From: Chrysomallon squamiferum
Lineage: Eukaryota > Animalia > Mollusca
DNA: 64,000 nucleotides
Assembly: GCA_012295275.1 (NCBI GenBank)
Contig: CM022670.1
Span: forward strand, 37,572,001 to 37,636,000
Direction of reading: 5' to 3'
The position numbers and the translations under genes are program-made. Shown here one piece after another: positions 19,401 through 30,142 of the stretch (within the stretch, counting starts at the first letter, position 1; every line of letters starts with the position of its first letter). The notes beneath the pieces were generated by a model. It was not told the DNA's origin and did not search any database. It was given only the letters and a program-made list of their open reading frames with translations.

Positions 19401-22400
19401 TTATCAGGTGAGAGACTCAGAAATAAAATAACTTAAAAAAATATAAATACAAGACAATGCAGTTAATATAATTATTAGATGAAGGAGAAGATGTAACTTC
19501 ATCAAGGTCCTCTGTACAATCCAAGAAACTGAAAAGTAAGGTGTTCTTCTAACCCAAGCTTCTTGTGTTTTAAAAATCTTTCGTTCTTCAGTCATTTAAG
19601 TTTTTTTTTTTTTACTTTTTATATTTACAAAGCCTTAAAAAGAAATAATAATAATAACTATCTTTTTTTTAACAGATTGTTATGACAGCTAAGAAAATTT
19701 ATTTTAAATATATAAGAAACCATCAGCTGATTTGTAACTTCATTACTAATATTAGTTTTAGGTGATTTTCATCTGTAATTCAAATTCCTACTTTATATTA
19801 ATTGAAGATTTTTCAGTCTGTAAAAATTTAATATAAATTTTATTAGATGAGGAAGAAGATGTAACTTCATCAAGGACATCTGTCCAATCCAAGAAACTGA
19901 AAAGTACGGTGTTCTTCTAACACAAGTTTCCTGTATTAAATAGCTATATACATGGCTTGCCTTCATAATAAATAAGTTAAAGATAAAAAAAAAAAGTTTT
20001 ACAGACTTCAAAATCCATTATTAATTTTTATTTTACATGAAAGTGGTCCATTATTCAGATTATTCCTGTATTAATATTTAATGAAAATGCTTTAAATGTA
20101 TGGGGAAAAATAAAAATCAGTTATTACATACAATTATCAGGTGAGAGACTCAGAAATAAAATAACTTGTAAATCAAAAATTCATTATACTGTTCTGTTAC
20201 ATATTAGAAAAATATAAATACAAGACAATGCAGTTAATATAATTATTAGATGAAGGAGAAGATGTAACTTCATCAAGGTCATCTGTACAATCCAAGAAAG
20301 TGAAAAGTAAGGTGTTCTTCTAACCCAAGCTTCTTGTGTTTTAAAAATCGTTCGTTCTTCAGTCATTTAAGTTTTTTTTTTTTTTACTTTTTATATTTAT
20401 AAAGCCTTAAAAAGAAATAATAATAATAACTATCTTTTTTAACAGATTGTTATGATAGCTAAGAAAATTTATTTTAAATACATAAGAAACCATCAGCTGA
20501 TTTGTAACTTCATTACTAATATTAGTTTTAGGTGATTTTCATCTGTAATTCAAATTCCTACTTTATATTAATTGAAGATTTTTCAATCTGTAAAAAATTA
20601 TATTAGATGAGGGAGAAGATGTAACTTCATCAAGGATGTCTGTACAATCCAAGAAACTGAAAAGTAAGGTGTTCTTCTAACACAAGTTTCCTGTATTAAA
20701 TAGCTATATAGACATGGAAGTTTTATTTTTATTTATTTATTTATTTATTTTAATTTAGAGGTTATTTTGGTATTAAATAGGCCTGCCTTCATAATAAATA
20801 AGTTAAAGATAAAACAAAATAGTTTTACGGACTTCAAAATCCATTATTAATTTTAATTTTACATGAAAATGGTCCATTATTCAGATTATTCCTATATTAT
20901 TTGATGAAAATGCTTTAAATGTATGGGAAAAAAGGTATATCAATTATTATATACAATTATCAGGTAAAAGTCTCAGAAATAAAATAACTTGTAAATCAAA
21001 AATTCGTTATACTGTTATGTTACATATTAGAAAAATATAAATAAAAGACAATGCAGTTAATATAACTGTATAATTATTAGATGAGGGAGAAGATGTAACT
21101 TCATCAAGGTCATCTGTCCAATCCAAGAAAGTGAAAAGGAACACTGGCTTTTGTGTGGTTTAAATAACACAGCTACAATTTTATTATTTAAAAAAAAAAA
21201 TTAAAGTAATTAGTAGCTACAAATCTGTTTAATAACGATTTCATAAGAAATGTAAATCTTGATGTGCATTTCAACTCCAAATTGTAAAAGCTAATCAGAG
21301 CAAGAATTAATAATTTGTAGTGGGAAAAGATATGATTTTAAACATTTCTGCATGTAAAAAATTTGTTTATAATTACATGTAATTATTAGGTGAAGGAGAA
21401 GATGTAAATTCTTCAAGGACCTCTTTGCAGTCCAAGAAAATGAAAAGTAAGGTGTTCTTCTAACACAAGCTTCCCATGGCTTAAATAACTTTAGACTTGA
21501 AGCTGATTTGCATTCTTCAAGCATTTAAGTTTATAATGATATGTATCATAAGAAAGTTAGTTTTTTCTTTCTTTATTTTAATAATAACAATAATAAATAA
21601 ATAAATAAAAATCTTTTAACAAATTATGAAAGCAAAAAAAAAAAATCATTTTACTGACAAAAGAAATCTTACGATTTTTAGCTTCATTGCTAATATTAGT
21701 TCCAGTCAATTTTCTGTTCAGTCCAAGAAACTAAAAAGTAAGGTGGTGTTCTAACATAAATTTCCTGTATTAAATAGCTTTAGAAATGAAATTATTATTA
21801 TTAATATTTTTTTTTTGTAATACAAAAACTTGCCTTTATAAGAAATTGTTAAAGCTAAAAAATAATTTTACAGAAAATGTAATTGTAAGAAGATTTTGAA
21901 TACCATTATTAATATTGGTTTTAAGTGAGAATGGTCCATTAAAAAAAATCTCTTTATTAATATTAACTGACGATATAAAAATTCATTATGATTTTTGTTT
22001 TTCTAGTTAAAACGCTTTAAATATTTTTTCACCTTTTCATAAGCAGCTATTAAAGGTTTTTATTTAATTTTTTTAATTTTTGTTTTATAGATAAATTTTA
22101 TAGACAGATTTCTAACTGCATTATCAGTAGTATTAGTTTTTTAATCGGATCTCTATATTAATATAACAACTGAAGATTTTTTCAACATGAGTAAAAAAAA
22201 ATATTCTCTAAAGTATATGTAATTATTAGATGCATAGAATTCAAGAGATCTTAAACAAAAAATATTCAGACACAGGTTTGTGGTGTGGCTTAAATAGCTT
22301 TAGGAAACACAGTTCTAGACTTCTTTTCAAGAGGCATTTAAATAGTTTGTTTATATACAGTAATTGTTTTTGCTTCATAGAATCCATTCTAGTATTTCTA

Positions 22401-22543
22401 ACCAACAGTTACTAAATGAACCATAAAAAGAACAATATGATCAATATAAATCAATCATTGTTTGTATCGATGTATCTAAATAAATGAGTGAGTGAAATTG
22501 TGGGGTGGTGCCACTTATGTCCACACCAAAGAGGAAACATGTT

Positions 22544-22594
<51 letters not shown>

Positions 22595-25500
22595 AGTGTT
22601 TATATAGAAATTCAGTTGCTGATTTAATTGCTACTTACCATATACAGCAGTTTATTTTGTTTAACAGGATCCAAGGAAAACAGAAAACTGATATTTTCAT
22701 GGAATTGACATAACCTGATTTCCTCAAAAACGTTTGCTTTGTGATGCTGTTTTCTCTACACATTTATTTTTTTTTAAATGTTTTTATTAGATGAGGACGA
22801 GGATGTAGGTTCTTCACGAACGTCTTTACAGGCGGAATCTGTAAACCAGAAAAGTAAGGTGTTCTTCTAACACAGGCTTTTGTGTTGGCTTCACTGCCCT
22901 CCCTGAAACAGCCTTTATCTTCCTTGCTCTTTTTGAAACATTATTTGAAATTATTATATTGTCCTATGGAGTGGTGTGGATTTGAGCTTGTATCTATAAT
23001 CTTTTTTTTTTTTTTTTTTTTCTTTACTTATCAATCATCATCAACATCATCATCATAATAAGATTTTTGGTGTTTAGAATAGAAATCCTATCATAGTTAA
23101 ATTCCCACCCCCCACCCCCGAGATGAGCATGTTTGATGAATTATCAGCTGTATGAATATTTTTTCTATAAACAGGTGAATTAGTAATAAGATTTTCTGTA
23201 GTTCAGATTAGAAATTCCACCATAGTTAAATTTCCCAAAATTAACTTGTTTGATAAAATATCGGCTTTTTATGAGTATTGAGAATTTTTTATAGAAAGCA
23301 TGGAACCATTTTCATTCTTTTTAAACTGGATTACTCAGTTAATATTATCTAATAAATATTAGGTTCTAGATAATTTTACATGGTAAGTAAAAGACATTTG
23401 TGTTAAATTGTTAAGAATATGGTAAATGTCTAGCTTGTATCACAGTAGTCAGAGTACTAGCCACCAGCCACTTTTGATGGTCACATACTAAGAAAGTCAC
23501 AAAGCTTGAAATATCTTTAGCCTATGCTTAAATCGTCATTAAAACTGAATCAAGTAATATTTATAAATGACAAATAGAATGTTCTAATAATTAACAATGT
23601 TTTTTTTAAAATGATTTTTAAAAATGAAAGATTCCACTTATTAATCTGAGAATATAATTTATTAGATGAAGACGATATAAATGCTTCAAGAACCTCCTTA
23701 CAGTCAGGCTCTGTATACATGAGGAGTAAGCTTTGTTGTTTTTTAATTATTATTTTCATTGCTTAATTTTAGCTTCACTGACCAAGATGTATAGCTTTAT
23801 GATAAACCTTTTTGTTTGTTTAGCTAAAATAAATGAAAAATTAATTTAATTGTTTTTTAATTTTTTAATTTTTATATTGTATATTATTTTTTTTTTCATT
23901 TTTTTTTTCTTCAGAATATTTAATTTTTCTTTGTTTTATATAACAAATGCAAATTTTGTGGCTTCACTAACCAAGGTTGAAAACTATTCAGTTTTGGGTT
24001 TTATGGTTTTGTATCATTTTGTTACTTGGCTGTTGCTTTTATTTTTTTATTTTACTTAATTATACTCTTTTCTTTTCCTTTCTTTTTTTTTTTTTTGTCT
24101 GATTGCATATCCTAATATTTGGTGGCTTTGTGTGAAAAACAGTTAATTATATAGGCAGAATATGTTAGGCTTTTTTCATGTGTGTTTGTTTGAATTTCAA
24201 TGCTGGCATATGAATTAGAATTACTAGTTCAGAAATTTGTCAGGTTGTTTAATCTTTGTTTTATTATTATTATTTCATTTGTTTGTTTTATTTATTTTGA
24301 TATATTATACTTGGTGTGTTATAAAAGTTATGTAATACACACATACATATATACATACAGTTAAAAAGTACATATCATTGATAATATTCCTAGAAGAAGA
24401 TGTTTGCTAAAGTTATGAGAAGTATCTGATGGCTAAAAATGTTATATGAATTTAAATTTGTCATTAATAATAGTTTGGTTGGTAGTTCAGCACATGCTCA
24501 TACACATACACACAAATGCACATAAATGTTTACATCAACATTTTTCATTGCCTATACACACTGATTGTCATGGATGTGTATCTTAGACAGAGAGATAGTG
24601 TGTGTGTGTGTGTGTGTGTGATGAATATATGCAGATGTACATGAACATATATGTTCATAACACAAGTATAATTTAGTGCAAAACACTTCAAATGTAATAC
24701 TTCAAATGATATGAAAGTGTAGGTTGTTTTCACATTCTATTTTAAATATTTTATACTTCCTTTGTATGAAAAATTTATTTCAATACAAAATAAATAATTT
24801 CTATTAAATCACTTGATAGTTTTACTATCTTTGAAATAAGCTCAAGGAAAATCTATTATTTTGTTTCAGTTGCATAATAAATGTCACCATTTTTAGTTTT
24901 ATCAATATATTTTAGTTTCCACTCACATATTAGTCTTGAATGTCTTCTGATGCATGTATCTGTATTACTGTAAAGATTTTTTTTTTTTTTTTTTTTTTTT
25001 CAATTCAAAAATCTTTATCTTGTTCACATTTAAGTATCACTACACACTGGTTTTGATTTTCAGAGAGGCAAGGTTCAAGGTCTTCACTTATCAGCATTGG
25101 TATTTTTATTTTTGTTTATTTGTTGCTTCACAGTTTGCTGTTGTACAAGAATTTTCACCAGCACAATAGATTTCTGCTTCAGAGCTAGACATGTTCTGTT
25201 TTTTTGTTAGTTCATCCACTCTAGAATGTTCTGGTTGTTGCTAAATTAATTTTATTTGCATTTTTTGAATCTCATCAAACAGAAGCACAGAAAGTTTTAC
25301 CAAATGTTAAATGTGACTTTGCAGATAAACTGATTTGACATTAGATTCAGATATAATGATACAGTTTATTATAGTGGTAAATAGATAAATAAGTATAAAT
25401 ATACAAAAAATATACATACATACATACATACATATTTTTATTTATTCTTTCTCTATGTTTCAAGTGTTTGTGTGCAGATTTGAATGAAAGAGAAAGAATA

Positions 25501-27084
25501 AATAATATAACACACTTAACAAACAATAATAAAAGACAATAATGATAAAAATAAAATGAATTATAGCATCAGAATAATAACACAGTGTCGTAACTCAAGG
25601 CAGACATTTTATTTAGCACTCCATACTCCATCCAACTGCACAGGTTTTTAAGCACTAGCCTGCACATTTCAGCACATGATAAAAATAACATTACACATCT
25701 CCTGAAGCAGTACAGACCATTTTCATAGTTTACACTGCCAGCACTATAAAAAGATTTCTGCACTAACTAAAACATTCACAAAAAGAACAGTCGAAAAAAA
25801 TAATTGTTTTCAGTCCCGTTCGTTTTTGTTTCTGTTCTGTGCAGTATTCAAAACATGTAATTTATAAAGTTGTTTGACAGTTGTTGTTGTTGTTGTTTTG
25901 TTTTAATTTTTTTCAGACATTAATATTCATGTGTTTATGTTCTAGATATTTGTTATAAATATTTACCAAAAATTTTTACTAATAGAAATAAAAATATAAT
26001 AAATAAATAATAAAGGTAATCATCTTTTTTCAGTTGATGTGATGATTTTTTTTTTTTTTTTTCAGTTCATTTCTGTTTTAATTTCTGTTGAATTTTTCTG
26101 AGTGTTTAATGTGTCCGTAAAATTGTTTAAAGATGTAAAGAAATCATTATCAGAAGGATATTTTAAAATAGCTTCAGTCTAGCACATATTTACTATTGGT
26201 TTAAACCATTTTATTTAACCTTTTTGAATATCATGAAACAGAAGTATTTTAAATGATGGTATGCAGTAAAAAAAAAAAAAAACAACATTAAATTAAAATT
26301 AAGAAACTCTGTGCAGTAAATTAGTGAATTATTCAGTTTGTTCATTAGTAATTAGACACATATCTGAACCTCTAAGTGTGTTTCTACTAACAGTAGAAGA
26401 AGAAGAAAAAAAACTGTGTTTGTAGTGGTATGCAGCTTTCAGCAAAGGTTATAATTTATTTATGCATGTGTTCCTGCTGTTCAAAATATAATAGTGATAA
26501 AAAAAAAAAAAAAAAATTAACATTCAGTGTAAATGAAGAAATTTTGTTAGTGGGTTTAAAACCTCACAGACCAGATAGATATTAATATACATATTAAGAT
26601 CCTTCCTATTTGAAAAAAAAGAAAAAAGATTCTGGATATGTTTATCTCTAAATGTAAGACGTATATCCATAAAAGCCACGTTTAAACAAATTTTGGATAA
26701 AAACATGGAAAAAATCAATGAGTTTGATCATTTTAGTTAGCTTGTGTAGTTTTGAAGTAATATTATAGATTCTTGCAAAGGCTTTTCATAGTTTTATCTC
26801 CCCTCACTGTGGACAGTTTCTCTGGGTACATGTATCCAAGACAGATACCCTTGAATTTTCAGTGTGAAGCATAACTTTTACATCATTTAATTTTGAGTGT
26901 TTGCTTGTCATTTATAATTAACCTGATCTATAAAAGCACTTTAGTTTTAATGATATTTCTAAAATGAAATATTTGCAAGTTGTATAATTTTAATAGATAT
27001 TTTAAAATCAATTCCAAAAGGTTTTTAGAGCAGAAAGTTATGTATTTATATATTTATTGATTATAGAATGTGTATTTTTGTGTA

Positions 27085-27139
<55 letters not shown>

Positions 27140-30108
27140 AGATATATTTTTCTGTAATAAAGTGTTAATGGGAGATAACTTAGAAAAAAGATGTGAAGAC
27201 TGAAATGAACCCTTGCATCTGTGTCTCAAAGATGCACTTGTTTAATTTCGATTTGTTTTAAACAGATGATTTACCAAAGCCTTCCCCAAGAAGTAACAAA
27301 GAGAGAGGGAGACAAGCAATCAGATCTCATCTGCCTGAACCAAGTAATCTGCAGGTTTGTATATAACCTGATATTAGTTTTATATTTAATGGTTTTCACT
27401 AGAAGAGTTCCCAGCTATGTTTTTTCTCTGCGATTTTTAAAGTTGCTTCTGTTTGTTATTTTATTTTATTTATTTATCTTTAAAATAATTCACTTTTTCT
27501 GTTTGTTTCTTTGTTTTTATGTAAACATGTTGCTGTTGTTGTTACTTACTTACACACTTATGTGCTTATAAATCCATACTTACTTTCTTTTATTAAATGA
27601 GTGAATAAGCACCACACTAGCACCAAAATAGCAAAAGAAAATTGTTGACCCCATAACACATTTAGCAATATTAATTTGAAATAAAATAAAATTAAATTAA
27701 ATTAAATTAAAATAAAATAAAATAAACTTTCAGTAAAAATATGGAGATTTTATTTTAATTCAGAAATGGACTCACAATGCTAGTAAAGGCTGTTTCTACT
27801 TGGAAGAAGGAAGCATTATGAGTCACCAGTACACACTGGAGCTTTCAGAGAGTACAAGCGTTTGGATGACAATCGAACCTGTGAGGATTGGAGAAGGAGG
27901 TAAATAAATACAGGATAATAACACACAACACGCTGTGTAACATGTAGATATCGTTCTAAGTGGACATAAATCAATTTTGCAGTTTTCTGTTCCAACCAGT
28001 GCTCCACAATCAGTTTATCAAAGACTGCAATGTATGTTTTTGTCCATGTTACAACCCACTAAAATAATAACACAAATTATTTTCTATTTTGATCTGTCTC
28101 TAGGTGTTGATAAAGATGGAAATCCCATAGATACAATCCTGTTTGTTCTTCGAGATAAACCTCGCTCCCAGAGCCAGAGGGTGGTTACTTTCACAGAGAT
28201 GAGAGATGCACATGGGGTAGGTACACCTTTGTGAATTACACGTGTATATTGCATTCTTCATTGCTAGTATTGTTATTCTTCAGCTTAAAAGAACTGAAAC
28301 GAATCACTTAAGAGATCTGTATTAGAGTATGGTTGTCAGGCTTGAAGTGAATGTAAAAAGTAAAGAAAAATAGTGAGACGGATTTTAAGCAAGATAACAA
28401 TCATATAAAACAGATTTCATGATGGTTGAATTATTACTGAATTATTCACATAAATATATACATTTTATATTAAAGCCATTATTTGAATGTCGAAATTGAA
28501 AGCAATGGTGGTATAATTCTCTGTTTGAATCTCAAATCTGCATTTTAATAAATTGGCTTCTTCGTTAACCCATACTGTTAAAGTTTACTGTAATTACAGC
28601 TTATGCAAAAAATCTGTGCTGTTAATAAAATTAATACTTAGTTCTTCTTAAGCTAATGATCAGAAAATTACTGGTGTAATATCTGCAGTAGCTTGCAACA
28701 CAAATATTTTGACTGTTCATAGCTTATCTTTTGTTACACAGAAATTTGGAGTTCGGTGTGACTTGGATGCAGGGAAGTACAAACTGATTCCATTCTCAAC
28801 TGGATGTCGACTGCGACCGAGCAGACATCATTCGAAACAGGATGCAAAGCTGGTAGATAAAGATAAACACAACAAGTTCATTCTCACTAAGGCTTTCAGG
28901 TAAGCTGGAAGTTTTTAATCGAGGAATGTTTAATGATAACGAAGGAACAGTCCAAATATGGTTTTCTGCAGCCAAGCGATCACCTAATCTGTCTGTTGTA
29001 AGACAGCAGCCTTTGTTTTTGACAAAGTAATACAATAAAATAGAAGTCCATGATTTTATTTTGTGTTCACAAGTATAAAAACAAATTCCTGACTCACTGA
29101 GAACATGAGTAACTTCACATTTCTGTCAGGTTTTCTTAACATTTCTGTTTATGAAATGACATTACAAACAATAGGGAATAATGTTTGTTAATTTAAAAAA
29201 AAAAATAAGATGACACATAGAAACTATTAATAACTAGAAAAACTTAAAAATAATAAGAATAATAATAATAATAAAAAGACACATAGTTTTAAAACTGAGC
29301 CAGGTTTTCTACATGGTATTTTTTTATTTATTTATTTATTTATTTTCTTTTATACAAAACTGTGTGTTGAGAGTGAGTGTATGTGCATGCGAGTGTGTGT
29401 CTGTGTGTGAATGCACATTATTTTCTTTCTGTCTTTCTTACTATTTTTTCACTAACAATATTTATATTTTTTTTTTTTTTTTTAAATTATTTATTTATGT
29501 TTTTGTTTTAATATTTACTGACACCTTCATACTTTTAACACTATTCAGACGGGCACTGGAGGAAATATTTGAGATGGTTGACTTGGATGGAAACGGACGG
29601 TTAAGCCGAGAGGAGTTTAGTCTGTACACGTGGAGAACTAGTGGAGAGGGGGTAGCCGATGAAGAATGGGAAGTGGTTGAAAGTAAGACTCATAAATCTG
29701 TGTGTGTGTCCACCAAACCAGAATACTCTTCCATTTTCCAGATTATTTGCTTGTGCTTTTAGCATTAACATCATTTTCCTCAACATTTACAACAGCCAGT
29801 ATGTGTGTGTGTGTGTGTACATGCAAGTGTGTGTCTGTGTGTGCCTATAACTAGTCTGGGTGCATGTGGTTGTGCCTATGCTTATATTCTGTTTTGGTGT
29901 TATTTCCAGCGAGCTGTGATCTGGTAAATGGTGAGATCACAAAGGAAGGTTTTATTCACCTCACAGAAATGGAGGCTCAGGAGACTGAGGGAGAAGAAAA
30001 AGAGTTGTGGATCACTTTAGAGAACATGGGCTACAACAAATCTCTTGATTTGTGCGAGGTAATTTGTTCAGCAGTAATCCACTTCAATTTTTTTTCTTAA
30101 CTTTTTTT

Positions 30109-30142
<34 letters not shown>

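Larger units (their letters stand above)
14858..23725 (+). repeat. EFCAB7: Tandem array of duplicated symmetric (phase 1-1) small coding exons within EFCAB7
   Basis: Intact AG/GT-bounded copies: 14858-14905 (48 nt); 57-nt copies starting at 16396, 16893, 17295, 17687, 18000, 18664, 19077, 19479, 19847, 20250, 20607, 21390; 22791-22853 (63 nt); 23666-23725 (60 nt). Consensus (D/N)EGEDVTSSRTSVQSKK(L/V)K. No stops or frame-breaking indels in these 15. Confidence 0.88.

Noticed and set aside
19404-21524. Four similar minus-strand ORFs (VRRTPYFSVSWI...LMKLHLLLHLII)
   Set aside because: They are antisense shadows of the plus-strand array exons; splice signals and codon logic support the plus strand
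14858-23725. Repeat-spacer look of the array suggesting a CRISPR-like locus
   Set aside because: Eukaryotic context, repeats ~100 bp bounded by splice sites, spacers hundreds of bp long and homologous to each other, no cas genes
23726-25190. Hydrophobic read-through tails after exons 23725 and 25099 as membrane anchors
   Set aside because: T-rich intron starts translate as F/L/I/V by default; no independent support
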